A stretch of DNA of 57,804 nucleotides, from IMG/VR virus record IMGVR_UViG_3300045988_015817; one strand, given 5' to 3'. The position numbers and the translations under genes were made by a program. This DNA is from a virus. Positions 7,082-15,621 of this stretch are shown here, in pieces (position 1 is the stretch's first letter; each line of letters opens with the position of its first letter). Under the pieces are notes generated by a model. It did no database searches. It was not told the DNA's origin and was given only the letters and a program-made list of their open reading frames with translations.

Positions 7082-8695
7082 TTATTTTCCTCCTTGTAAA
7101 TCAATAATAAACTCTAATGCATACTTTCCTGCTTCGTCAGTAATGTGGAATCCCTTAAAGACCTCATTCCACGGTATAGTTACTGATAAGTTATCGTCCT
7201 CTTTAGAGAACATAAACTTTGTCTCTTCCAGAATATCCCGAATTGAGAATCTATGGCTGTTGTAGCTAAGATATCTAAAGAACTTGATAGCGAATGTGTC
7301 TCTGCCGCCTTTATCGTCGAACAGAAGTTTCGTACATGTTCCTTCTGGCATATCTGTAGAATAGTATACTTCTACACTTCCCCAAACTGTAGACTTGTAT
7401 AAGTTGCATTTATCACTCGTAGCCTGCATCTCTTCTAATGTGTCTAATGCATCCTTCTTGTAAACTAAATCCAAGAAATATTTATCTTTTATAGAACGCA
7501 GTCTAAACTTTGCAAAGAGATCTTTCCATGGAAGCTCAGTACTGAAATTGTCTGTGCCATCTGGATCAATGAAATTTGTATCAGCCAAAACATCTCTAAT
7601 AGAGAATTTATTTTTCTTGAACTTGTTAAAGAAGTTGCTAATAAACATGTCTCTAACCAGTTCACTCGTAAATGCAATTGTGACACATGTTCCTGGATAC
7701 ATCTGAGTAGAATAGTACACTTCTGCATGTCCAGAAATCTTTGACTCATAGATAACACATGGACCATGTTCAGTCTTGATTTCTTTTGGGGGCTTTGAAT
7801 TGGAATTTTTGTAATAGAATACTAATGCAAAATTTCCATCTTTTTTAGTTAATGCAAAGCTTGTAAAGATGTCCTTCCACTGGACTTTTTTCGAGAAACA
7901 ATCAGCTGCTTCTGACAGAGGTACAGAGATATCGGATAAAACATCTCTGATAGAAAACGGCTTATAATCGGTGCTTGTAAGCCTTTTAAAGAAGCTATCA
8001 GAGAATCGTTTTCTAGCAGCTCTGCTGTCAAACATAATTGTTGTACATGCGCCAGGATACATGTTTGCAGAATGATATACTTCTACATGTCCGAGATCAT
8101 TTGATTCGTATATAACACACGAATCTTGTGTTTTGTAGTTGAATATCAATTCATACTTGCCATCATCTTCATTAATAGATAAGTTATCAAGAACTCTATC
8201 CCAGTATACAAGCTCGTCCCATTTGTTCCACTTGTTACCTTTTGTGATTTTGAATTTCATCTCTAATGCGGCATCTGCAATAGAAAACTCAGTATATCCT
8301 TCGCTAATTATATTGTAAACTACGCTCTGGAATTCTTCTGCAGCGTCCCTAGATTCGAAAACTAACTTTGACGGCATCCCATTCGGTTCCTTGGATTTTG
8401 CAAAGATTGTCATGTTGCCATACTCATTGGAAAACCATGTATCCCACAGGATCTCTTTATTGCCTGTATCCTGAGTTGATGCTATATCATCGATAAGGTA
8501 CTGAAGATAATTTTGTGCTTTCTTCAGATCCTCTACGCCGTTTTTTTTCTGGAATCTGAACAAATACTTCATAGTATTCCATAGCATTGCGGCCTGCTTT
8601 CCTGGCAGGTCCTTAACCACATCATTCAGAATATCAATAGCTTCGACCCCAGCAATATTCTGATAATGCTCTGGATGATTTACATTGTTTGACAT
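7082..8695 (-). CDS. DUF3310-like N-terminal domain followed by four ~110-aa internal repeats (537 aa)
   Basis: The N-terminus NHPEHYQ..GVEAIDI matches the DUF3310 signature as I remember it. Repeated blocks of the form C(V/N)(I/L)Y(E/K)S..G..EVY(H/Y)S..M..G.C...FSIRD(V/I)L. Confidence 0.8.
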   Translation of the reverse strand: MSNNVNHPEHYQNIAGVEAIDILNDVVKDLPGKQAAMLWNTMKYLFRFQKKNGVEDLKKAQNYLQYLIDDIASTQDTGNKEILWDTWFSNEYGNMTIFAKSKEPNGMPSKLVFESRDAAEEFQSVVYNIISEGYTEFSIADAALEMKFKITKGNKWNKWDELVYWDRVLDNLSINEDDGKYELIFNYKTQDSCVIYESNDLGHVEVYHSANMYPGACTTIMFDSRAARKRFSDSFFKRLTSTDYKPFSIRDVLSDISVPLSEAADCFSKKVQWKDIFTSFALTKKDGNFALVFYYKNSNSKPPKEIKTEHGPCVIYESKISGHAEVYYSTQMYPGTCVTIAFTSELVRDMFISNFFNKFKKNKFSIRDVLADTNFIDPDGTDNFSTELPWKDLFAKFRLRSIKDKYFLDLVYKKDALDTLEEMQATSDKCNLYKSTVWGSVEVYYSTDMPEGTCTKLLFDDKGGRDTFAIKFFRYLSYNSHRFSIRDILEETKFMFSKEDDNLSVTIPWNEVFKGFHITDEAGKYALEFIIDLQGGK

Positions 8696-8708
8696 TTTCT
8701 ATTCCTCC

Positions 8709-8936
8709 TTATGCTCTCTGCATTTTAATTGAAATAACCGTAAGATCCTTTCCACACTGTGGGCACAATACATAATACTCAAATAATTTTGGAAGTTTTT
8801 GTAATACTTGGCGCGCACATCCATCAGGTGTCTTGTGTGGACGACTCTGAATATCTTCTTTCTCATAAGAGAACTTACAACCGCAGCTATTGCATTCGGC
8901 CACGGTTTTAGTTCCTGGTTCAATAATTTTGATCAT
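8709..8936 (-). CDS. Zinc-ribbon protein (75 aa), paralog of 8949..9128
   Basis: Contains CNSCGC ... CPQCG. Confidence 0.7.
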   Translation of the reverse strand: MIKIIEPGTKTVAECNSCGCKFSYEKEDIQSRPHKTPDGCARQVLQKLPKLFEYYVLCPQCGKDLTVISIKMQRA

Positions 8937-8948
8937 TTCTGTTCCTCC

Positions 8949-9128
8949 TTATTTTACTTTGTGCTGCTTGCCGCAACGTGGGCAATTGATATAAGATATA
9001 ACTGCTTTTAACTCATTCCCAGCATAAAGCTCATAGTTCTGAATGCTCTCTTCACCATAAGCGAATCTACAGCCACAGTTTTCACACTCGCCAATTGTCG
9101 TGTCTCCAAGCTTTATAACATTGATCAT
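8949..9128 (-). CDS. Zinc-ribbon protein (59 aa), paralog of 8709..8936
   Basis: Hand-translated: MINVIKLGDTTIGECENCGC..INCPRCGKQHKVK. TAATG junction with the upstream gene. Confidence 0.65.
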   Translation of the reverse strand: MINVIKLGDTTIGECENCGCRFAYGEESIQNYELYAGNELKAVISYINCPRCGKQHKVK

Positions 9129-9763
9129 TAGTCGAGTTCCTCCAATCTTGGCATCTCCAATACGTATCCACCGTCTCTAGACTTTCTAATATGTGCTCCG
9201 CCAAGCTCATACCATCCATAGTGGAAGTCATTTGCCTGCGTTGGAATACCGAGTGACTCGTATACATCTCCTACTGATACAGAATCATACTTATCAAGAT
9301 ACTCGGTTAAGGTATCAAGAGTTAAATCTGCATCTGCTCGAGTTTTGAATCTGATGTTATCCATATCATATCTAGCCCGTCCTCGAGGAGCTGATCTACG
9401 TCTACGGCTACCAAACTGATCATCGTACGGTACTCGTTCAATACTTGTACGGCTGACGTTGCTACGTCCATGTGATCTACGTCTTGTATCTCCGTAGAAT
9501 GCCATATTGATAGCACCTTCAACCATATCAACGAATGTATCTTTTAATGCTGGAATCAGAACATCATTGAATATATAAGATCCAACACCTCCAGATTCAT
9601 CACTTAAAAATGTTTCTCCGAATTTCTGACCCAGGGATTTTTTCTGAGTCGTTACTCTATTCTTTACCACTTTTTCAATCTTCTGACGCTCTTCAGATTT
9701 TGTAGATTTCTTCTTTGTTGCCTTTGCGCCAGTAGCGATTGAGTTGCTCTCCAATCTTTCCAT
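9128..9763 (-). CDS. Hypothetical basic protein (211 aa)
   Basis: SD-led track ORF with an Arg-rich central region. Confidence 0.8.
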   Translation of the reverse strand: MERLESNSIATGAKATKKKSTKSEERQKIEKVVKNRVTTQKKSLGQKFGETFLSDESGGVGSYIFNDVLIPALKDTFVDMVEGAINMAFYGDTRRRSHGRSNVSRTSIERVPYDDQFGSRRRRSAPRGRARYDMDNIRFKTRADADLTLDTLTEYLDKYDSVSVGDVYESLGIPTQANDFHYGWYELGGAHIRKSRDGGYVLEMPRLEELD

Positions 9764-9778
9764 TTTAGCTCCTTTCTA

Positions 9779-9816
9779 AGAAAAAAGTCTAAGACCATGT
9801 TTCCATGATCCCAGAC
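9779..9816 (-). terminator. Rho-independent terminator
   Basis: Minus RNA folds as GUCUGG-GAUCAUG-GAAA-CAUGGUC-UUAGAC followed by UUUUUUCUU. Related to the terminators at 12213 and 14118. Confidence 0.6.
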
Positions 9817-9842
9817 CTTAAGATTTCCAATCTTGTTAAGTA

Positions 9843-10148
9843 CTACTTTTCGTTTTCAGTTTCATCCTGATCCTCATCAGTCTCTTCAGGTTCCGCTTCA
9901 CGATAGTCTGCATCTTTAGAGTCTTTAAACCTCTTCAAGTCGGCTCTCTTTTCTTTTACCTTCTCGACTAACATCATGCCTCCCTTAACTGCCGCTTTTC
10001 CAAGCGTGTAAGTTCCAACACAAGCTAATCCAATCAGAGCAATTCCAAGTTTACCTAATGAATCATCATCCTTAGATTCCTCAGTTGCAGGCGTTGCGTT
10101 AACGTCCTCTGATACCAATACCTCTGTGTTCTCATGTAATTCTGACAT
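9843..10148 (-). CDS. Acidic single-pass membrane protein (101 aa)
   Basis: Central hydrophobic helix (LGIALIGLACVGTYTLG) with acidic termini; SD-led. Confidence 0.75.
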   Translation of the reverse strand: MSELHENTEVLVSEDVNATPATEESKDDDSLGKLGIALIGLACVGTYTLGKAAVKGGMMLVEKVKEKRADLKRFKDSKDADYREAEPEETDEDQDETENEK

Positions 10149-10181
10149 ACTTTTGTCCTCCTTAAATTTTTTGGTATATCT

Positions 10182-10210
10182 CTCATTATAATATATGATT
10201 TTTTTGCGAG
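10182..10210 (-). promoter_or_regulatory. Promoter-like motif copy b
   Basis: Minus strand reads ctcgcaaaaaaatcatatatTATAATgag, upstream of the 9843..10148 gene. Confidence 0.5.
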
Positions 10211-10211
10211 T

Positions 10212-11042
10212 CTACATTAACTCACGATAATCAAACCTCGGATTTGCGAAATATCCGATTGTCAGACATGGCTTCCCATTTCTCAATGTTGAGTCAAACT
10301 GGACATCTACATAAGTGTCTGGTGACCATCCTACGTCATCTCCTACTTCTACGTGACTTGCATTTACTTCATCATAGAATTCGTTAAGAGATATAAACAT
10401 CTCACCGCCAAGGAATCGATCCTTTATCTTTCCAACGGCCTGCAGTATTTCTTCTCTTGTCGAATAGAACACATTACCAGTATAGAGGTCGATACAAACC
10501 TCTTTTCCTTCTGGCATGCCATCGAACTTTGACTCTGGGATCTCTTTTACCCGCTCGTCCCTAGCAGCTTTGGTAGCTTTGATATCTGTCTTTGGTGATA
10601 CTTTGGCTACATTTCTACGGTATCTGTCATATGCATTGGCTGTAAACTCGTACATTGCTGTCATAGCTGTAAGTCTAGCTGTGCTTACTTTGTATGATCC
10701 GATAAATGCTGAGATGCTTAAGGCTCCTAAAATCACTGTAGGAACATAGCACTTCCAGCAAGACTTTACGATCTGCTTCGGACCGAGTTCCTCGAATCTA
10801 TATGCCATGTCAGATTTGTTTACAGACATTGGCAGATCCTCGTATTCGATTTCTCCTTCTTCGTATCGCCTAGCAATCTCATCATCCATTTTGTCAATTG
10901 CCAATGGTGTAGCTTTAACCGCACTTATTACTGTAGCTGCTAACCCACCGATTCCAGCAATCATAAGGAGCATCGGTGCATTCTTATCGGCAATGACTGG
11001 AACCTTGTTTGCCTCCTTAATTAAATCGTTTAAAAAACTCAT
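10212..11042 (-). CDS. Membrane-anchored protein, paralog family member 2 (276 aa)
   Basis: Same architecture as 6112..7080 and 11058..11903. Confidence 0.8.
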   Translation of the reverse strand: MSFLNDLIKEANKVPVIADKNAPMLLMIAGIGGLAATVISAVKATPLAIDKMDDEIARRYEEGEIEYEDLPMSVNKSDMAYRFEELGPKQIVKSCWKCYVPTVILGALSISAFIGSYKVSTARLTAMTAMYEFTANAYDRYRRNVAKVSPKTDIKATKAARDERVKEIPESKFDGMPEGKEVCIDLYTGNVFYSTREEILQAVGKIKDRFLGGEMFISLNEFYDEVNASHVEVGDDVGWSPDTYVDVQFDSTLRNGKPCLTIGYFANPRFDYRELM

Positions 11043-11057
11043 TTTGTTTCTCCTTTC

Positions 11058-11903
11058 TTATATCAGCATGCTTGAACTGTATTCCATGTCTTTGAACCAG
11101 CCTTTGGCTTCTCGTTTTTCTTGTTTAGTCGCCATAAATAACCCATGCGGTAAATCAAGATACCGTATATAGTAACCCTCAGTGTTTTCAAACGGGACTA
11201 ACTGAATATCAATCCAGCTATTGATTTTGTTATCTTCATCCATGTCAATCTTAGACCATCCGACAACGTTGCCGAAGCATGTTGGAATCAAATCCAGATC
11301 GTTCCTGAACTCATTCAGAGTTACCGTCTGATTTGGATTCATCTGCAGTTTTCTATTTAATTTTAATATGGCTGATTCTACTGTCGCTTTATCTGTATAG
11401 AATCCTTCATCTGTCAGACTATCGATGAAGAATGTCAAACCTGTCGTATCTACAAACTTTGACTCCTGCTCGTGGATGGTTTTGTATAATTTATCGCTAG
11501 ATACATCAGCTTTGCTCTTTTTCCAAACGTTTTTCTCTTTTTCTTCTCCTACCTCGTTGACTACTTCTGCTCTGTATCGTTTAAAGTTTGATTGCAGAAT
11601 ACTCATAGCTCCTGCCAATGCTACAAGCTGTTTCTTGTTTAAGAAGTTCGATCCAAAGATGCACCCTATTGTAGCAGCGCCAACTACAATAGACGGAGCG
11701 TAAATTGGAGCTACAGCTTTTACTTCTTCAGTAAATGTAAGCTCTCTATGCTTCTTTTTCTCAAGCTCATCAACTTTAAGGGTTGCCTTTATAGATGCTT
11801 TGTTCGTAAGAATATTGGATACTACAACACCTACAGCCGCACCTATAGATAATATTGTAGGCATGTTTCTTTTAACGAAATATCCTATCTGTTCACTGTT
11901 CAT
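11058..11903 (-). CDS. Membrane-anchored protein, paralog family member 3 (281 aa)
   Basis: Same architecture as 6112..7080 and 10212..11042; SD-led. Confidence 0.8.
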   Translation of the reverse strand: MNSEQIGYFVKRNMPTILSIGAAVGVVVSNILTNKASIKATLKVDELEKKKHRELTFTEEVKAVAPIYAPSIVVGAATIGCIFGSNFLNKKQLVALAGAMSILQSNFKRYRAEVVNEVGEEKEKNVWKKSKADVSSDKLYKTIHEQESKFVDTTGLTFFIDSLTDEGFYTDKATVESAILKLNRKLQMNPNQTVTLNEFRNDLDLIPTCFGNVVGWSKIDMDEDNKINSWIDIQLVPFENTEGYYIRYLDLPHGLFMATKQEKREAKGWFKDMEYSSSMLI

Positions 11904-11924
11904 TTTGACTCCTTTCTGAAAAGC

Positions 11925-12200
11925 TTAATTCTTTGTTTCGTTATACACCGGATGCTTAATTGCGAAATCCGACAGTATTTTAAGAAACTCTGGATTATCT
12001 GAATTTTCAACAATTAACTGATCCCAGCAAGCATTGACTCCGATTTGGTATGCATTATTTGCTCTAGCATCACTGATTGCAACAAAACTGCTTCCTATAA
12101 GCTTACCGAATGTAAAGCAACCAACTAAGAATAACCCATTCTCAATTATGCCTTTGTTATCGTGTACGAATCTCTTTACAGCGTTTACTTTCTTTTTCAT
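11925..12200 (-). CDS. Small membrane protein (91 aa), paralog of 12259..12534
   Basis: KxFVHDxK..hydrophobic helix..N(A/C)C(W/Y)..(V/I)NEN..NPE(F/V)LK aligns with the neighbouring gene. Confidence 0.75.
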   Translation of the reverse strand: MKKKVNAVKRFVHDNKGIIENGLFLVGCFTFGKLIGSSFVAISDARANNAYQIGVNACWDQLIVENSDNPEFLKILSDFAIKHPVYNETKN

Positions 12201-12212
12201 TTTGACTCCTTT

Positions 12213-12245
12213 CTAGAAAAGCTTAAAGGCCATGTTTCCATAGCC
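12213..12245 (-). terminator. Rho-independent terminator (part of a 55-nt repeat)
   Basis: Minus RNA folds as GGCUAUG-GAAA-CAUGGCC followed by UUUAAGCUUUUCU. Confidence 0.6.
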
Positions 12246-12258
12246 TCTAGCCGATCAC

Positions 12259-12534
12259 TTAATGATTCTCACAATGCTTAATGTTGAAATCCACTAATGC
12301 TTTGAGGACTTCAGGGTTCTTTACATTCTCATTGATCATCAGGTTGTAACAGCAATTCATTCCCTGGTCGAATCCTTTATGGTACATCGATTCCATGACA
12401 TTTGCAAGGCCATGTCCAATACGATTACCAATCAGATAACAACCAGCTAACCACGCTACTACTTCAATCTGATCTTTATGATCGTGCACAAACTCCTTTA
12501 CTCCGTTCAACTTCTGTTTAGTTTCTTCTTTCAT
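12259..12534 (-). CDS. Small membrane protein (91 aa), paralog of 11925..12200
   Basis: SD-led track ORF that aligns with 11925..12200. Confidence 0.75.
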   Translation of the reverse strand: MKEETKQKLNGVKEFVHDHKDQIEVVAWLAGCYLIGNRIGHGLANVMESMYHKGFDQGMNCCYNLMINENVKNPEVLKALVDFNIKHCENH

Positions 12535-12566
12535 TTTAATACTCCTTTCGTGTTAAACAATAAGTT

Positions 12567-12595
12567 CTCATTATAATACATGATTTATTTGCGAT
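12567..12595 (-). promoter_or_regulatory. Promoter-like motif copy c
   Basis: Minus strand reads atcgcaaataaatcatgtatTATAATgag. Confidence 0.5.
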
Positions 12596-12623
12596 AAAGA
12601 AGAGAGGACCTGAATTAGTCCTC
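12596..12623 (-). terminator. Rho-independent terminator with the stop codon in its loop
   Basis: Minus RNA folds as GAGGAC-UAAUUCAG-GUCCUC followed by UCUUCUUUAU. The UAA of the 12615..12770 gene lies in the loop. Confidence 0.55.
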
Positions 12624-12770
12624 ATCCTCTTTTGAGTCGGTTGACTCTATAGCTTTTACCCTTTCATCGACTGCTTCATCGATATGCATCTGTGTTAAAC
12701 AGATTCCTAAGAATCCTGCTATCGCCGTGCATCCGATCTGTCCAATCTTTAACAAAGTTTCTTTGCTCAT
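12615..12770 (-). CDS. Small membrane protein with acidic tail (51 aa)
   Basis: Hand-translated: MSKETLLKIGQIGCTAIAGFLGICLTQ...KEDED. GGAGGTGATAAAATG start context. Confidence 0.55.
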   Translation of the reverse strand: MSKETLLKIGQIGCTAIAGFLGICLTQMHIDEAVDERVKAIESTDSKEDED

Positions 12771-12791
12771 TTTATCACCTCCTATTATATA

Positions 12792-13031
12792 CTATGATTT
12801 AGTTGCGAGACGGTTGAGTTCATTCATCATGATGTGTATGCCTTCAAGCCTACCTGTTAAACGTTCTGTTTCCTTAATAATTTTCAGTCCTTCTGCCGAT
12901 TCTTCATCTGGTAATGATTCTGCTTCCTTGTTTAATTCTTTTGCTCGTGCCAAGATTTTCTCTGCCTCTCTGTTAGCAAAGTCAATCATTACTAATAACT
13001 TATTGGTTTCTATGATTTTTTCTACTGTCAT
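12792..13031 (-). CDS. Coiled-coil protein (79 aa)
   Basis: SD-led track ORF, helical and charged throughout. Confidence 0.7.
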   Translation of the reverse strand: MTVEKIIETNKLLVMIDFANREAEKILARAKELNKEAESLPDEESAEGLKIIKETERLTGRLEGIHIMMNELNRLATKS

Positions 13032-13048
13032 ATTTAACTCCTTATAAT

Positions 13049-13123
13049 TTACTTGTGATCATGTCTATCGCATACTATCATGACTATAAACGCGGTTAAA
13101 ACTGCTAATAAGAATGTATCCAT
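13049..13123 (-). CDS. Possible 24-aa hydrophobic micropeptide
   Basis: Hand-translated: MDTFLLAVLTAFIVMIVCDRHDHK. An AGGAG lies 9 nt upstream, and the ORF fills an otherwise empty gap. Confidence 0.3.
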   Translation of the reverse strand: MDTFLLAVLTAFIVMIVCDRHDHK

Positions 13124-13135
13124 AATAACTAACTC

Positions 13136-13621
13136 CTAATAAATATCAATGTGGTCTACTTCGCTTTGCCATTGTGGGTAGGCGTATGCACAACTGCCAT
13201 GCTCCTTAACTTCCGATGATAAGCTTGATTCATTTACAACGAATTCTACAATTGATCCATTTGCATTTTGACGTCTCGTAGAATCAGTATCTTTATCCGA
13301 TTTGCAGTCAGCAAGTATACCAGTTATCGTTGTACCGTTCTTTAACACAATATCAATGTATTGTCCAACTTGAGTAGTGTAATATGAGCCTACAGCAATA
13401 CACCAACGTCCATCGTATGTCCAAATGCCAGACGAATCAAGTCGATATTTTGATTTCATTTCATGTTGGTCCGTCCCTACACTCGTAATACAATCTGCAT
13501 CCATGTATGAGAAGAATCCATTTTGATCCGGAACTGATTTTGTTTCGCCGATAGGAGATCTTACAACTGGTGTGTCGTTTTCTTCCACACTAATGTCCGG
13601 TTCAAAGTGATACGGTGTCAT
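13136..13621 (-). CDS. Hypothetical protein; C-terminal half possibly a DPBB/3D-like cell-wall-active fold (161 aa as annotated)
   Basis: Track ORF. CIAVGSYY..GQYIDIVLKNGTTITGILADCKSDKD..GSIVEFVV loosely resembles 3D/RlpA-type barrels. No SD precedes the ATG, and an in-frame TGA lies 17 codons upstream (see findings). Confidence 0.6.
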   Translation of the reverse strand: MTPYHFEPDISVEENDTPVVRSPIGETKSVPDQNGFFSYMDADCITSVGTDQHEMKSKYRLDSSGIWTYDGRWCIAVGSYYTTQVGQYIDIVLKNGTTITGILADCKSDKDTDSTRRQNANGSIVEFVVNESSLSSEVKEHGSCAYAYPQWQSEVDHIDIY

Positions 13622-13669
13622 GTAAGTATCTTCTAATTCAGCAGTTTTTCTTTGCAGTTCTTTTACGAT

Positions 13670-13783
13670 TCAGTTGGTTTCTTCTTGCTGTTTATCATAC
13701 TCGTATCTAGTCCATGCTCGAAACGATCCCAGGATCACGAGCATGATAACACAGATTATGAATAATTTATCTTCCTTCTTCAA
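13670..13783 (-). CDS. Small signal-anchor ORF (37 aa, TTG start) ending at a TGA that is in frame with 13136..13621
   Basis: Hand-translated: (M)KKEDKLFIICVIMLVILGSFRAWTRYEYDKQQEETN. AAGGGAG lies 6 nt upstream of the TTG. Confidence 0.35.
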   Translation of the reverse strand: MKKEDKLFIICVIMLVILGSFRAWTRYEYDKQQEETN

Positions 13784-14105
13784 TCTCTTTTCTCCCTTTA
13801 GCTTCATTGTATTCTATTGGAGTTGCAGACCAGCAATACCAATTGTCTTGTACACGCCGACCAGCATGAACTCTACAATCTCCTGCACCATGATTATATT
13901 TATCTGGTTTGTATCTCTCGCAATAAGACACACAGTCTTTGCAGAAACATTTTGCTGTAGGACCTCCTTTGAACCTACTTTTAAGCTTCTTCTGGTACCT
14001 ACGGTTTTCTGCTGCTTCCTTAGCGAGTGCGGTAAGTACTGCTATTACTGCTACTACAATTATAAATACTGATATTACACCAATACTTGCAAATATCTTA
14101 ATCAT
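13767..14105 (-). CDS. Membrane-anchored Cys-rich protein (112 aa)
   Basis: N-terminal TM helix followed by CFCKDCVSYC..DC..YCW; SD-led. Confidence 0.75.
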   Translation of the reverse strand: MIKIFASIGVISVFIIVVAVIAVLTALAKEAAENRRYQKKLKSRFKGGPTAKCFCKDCVSYCERYKPDKYNHGAGDCRVHAGRRVQDNWYCWSATPIEYNEAKGRKEIEEGR

Positions 14106-14117
14106 TTTGACTCCTTC

Positions 14118-14150
14118 CTAGAAAAGCTTAAAGGCCATGTTTCCATAGCC
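14118..14150 (-). terminator. Rho-independent terminator (second copy of the 55-nt repeat)
   Basis: Hairpin and U-tract identical to 12213..12245. Confidence 0.6.
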
Positions 14151-14170
14151 TCTAGCCTTAACTTTTGTTC

Positions 14171-14599
14171 TCAGATCTTAGTTTTAGGAAAGATCCCTGG
14201 GAACGCCTTACTGAGTATTGCGCCTCCGTTACCTTCGAAGACCATAACCCCGATGCTCAATCCAGTCCAAGCTGCCAGCGTTAAGCCTGACTTGATCATT
14301 TCTAACTTCGAGTTAGTTTTGGACTGTAACAGTTCACGTTCTCTCAGATCAAGTTCCCGTTCTTTATTGCTCATCTCTTTTTCAGATAAGCGTTCTTTAC
14401 TAAGGATCTCTTTCGTTTTGAGATCGTACTCCTGTTTAAGTTTGTCCTCTTCTAACTTCAATTTATAGAAGTCAACCAAGTTCTCGGCAATAGCGTTTCG
14501 CTCGTCTCCGATTTTCTCATCAAAGAGTTTATTGTCCTCTTCGATAATTGTCTGCTCCAACACTTCTCTTAAGTCTGTAGTTCCTTCTTCTCTTGCCAT
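14171..14599 (-). CDS. Coiled-coil protein with C-terminal membrane helix (142 aa)
   Basis: SD-led track ORF. Glu/Lys-rich region followed by LTLAAWTGLSIGVMVF. Confidence 0.8.
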   Translation of the reverse strand: MAREEGTTDLREVLEQTIIEEDNKLFDEKIGDERNAIAENLVDFYKLKLEEDKLKQEYDLKTKEILSKERLSEKEMSNKERELDLRERELLQSKTNSKLEMIKSGLTLAAWTGLSIGVMVFEGNGGAILSKAFPGIFPKTKI

Positions 14600-14629
14600 T
14601 TTAAACTCCTTTCTAATTTACAACAAGTT

Positions 14630-14658
14630 CTCATTATAAGCCTTGTTTTATTTGCGTT
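14630..14658 (-). promoter_or_regulatory. Promoter-like motif copy d (the -10 element overlaps the stop codon of 14634..14876)
   Basis: Minus strand reads aacgcaaataaaacaaggctTATAATgag. Confidence 0.45.
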
Positions 14659-14876
14659 TCGGACATACGCTGTACTTCGAACGTTACAGTGTCAGATTTG
14701 TATATATCTTGGAGCGCGCCTTTGCCTTTAACCTCCAGGGCACAGTAGTATCCACTGCCTTCGTCCCTAGCGATTTTGATTATGCCTGGGCAAGATATTT
14801 TCACCGTATTTTTACCAACGTGAAAACCTGCAATATACCCGATGGTTACACATATAATAGCTACTAAAATATTCAT
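14634..14876 (-). CDS. Small N-terminally anchored protein (80 aa)
   Basis: Track ORF trimmed to MNILVAIICV, which is preceded by AAGGAGGAAATTAAAATG. Confidence 0.7.
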   Translation of the reverse strand: MNILVAIICVTIGYIAGFHVGKNTVKISCPGIIKIARDEGSGYYCALEVKGKGALQDIYKSDTVTFEVQRMSETQIKQGL

Positions 14877-15292
14877 TTTAATTTCCTCCTTAAACAATTG
14901 TACAGACTGATCTTACATCCTATCACGCATCCATTATTGTCTACGATAGCTTCGAGATTTCTGTCTTTAGCAATTCCTCGAATGTTGTCGAGGACGAATC
15001 TTGCTGTTGCTTCTTCGTCCGCTCGTACATATTGCATTTCTGCTTCTGATAAGAAACCCCCGTGAAGAATGTCGGGTTTACAATAATACTTGTAACGTTC
15101 TTCACAATCTTTCACCACCTTTTTAAATGCGCATACCTTGTAATATTGATACCACTTGTAATAGAAGTAGATGCTTACGCGTCCGGTCTCAATGACAACT
15201 GTACATACAGGCCATCCATTTCTATCAATCATATTCTTTACAATCTCTGGTGCATGGCCAACCGCAGCCACGCTTACACATGTTTTAAACAT
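14873..15292 (-). CDS. Hypothetical protein (139 aa), paralog of 15304..15621
   Basis: Shares MFKTC..VSxYFxYKWYxYYKVCAFKKxVK with the neighbouring gene. Confidence 0.8.
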   Translation of the reverse strand: MFKTCVSVAAVGHAPEIVKNMIDRNGWPVCTVVIETGRVSIYFYYKWYQYYKVCAFKKVVKDCEERYKYYCKPDILHGGFLSEAEMQYVRADEEATARFVLDNIRGIAKDRNLEAIVDNNGCVIGCKISLYNCLRRKLK

Positions 15293-15303
15293 TATTTTCC
15301 CTC

Positions 15304-15621
15304 CTATTTGTTGCTGTTTTCAGGGCTTCCTTGAATTCCGGATTTTGCGAATTGTTCCGATGATACGCGTTTCTTCGGTGCGAGTACACGATTGAGTGCA
15401 TCGGCTGCACTCTGATATCTGAGCTTATTAACATAGTTTTTCACCGCCTTTTTAAATGCACATACTTTATAATACTCATACCATTTATAGCTTACATAGA
15501 AGCTTACTTTATCTGTTTCATAGATAATTGTATCTACATGGAATCCAATAACATCCAGTGTATGATTGATAATATCTGGCGTCTGGCCTGCTCTAGGGAC
15601 GATTATACATGTCTTAAACAT
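15304..15621 (-). CDS. Hypothetical protein (105 aa), paralog of 14873..15292
   Basis: SD-led, with a TAATG junction. Confidence 0.8.
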   Translation of the reverse strand: MFKTCIIVPRAGQTPDIINHTLDVIGFHVDTIIYETDKVSFYVSYKWYEYYKVCAFKKAVKNYVNKLRYQSAADALNRVLAPKKRVSSEQFAKSGIQGSPENSNK

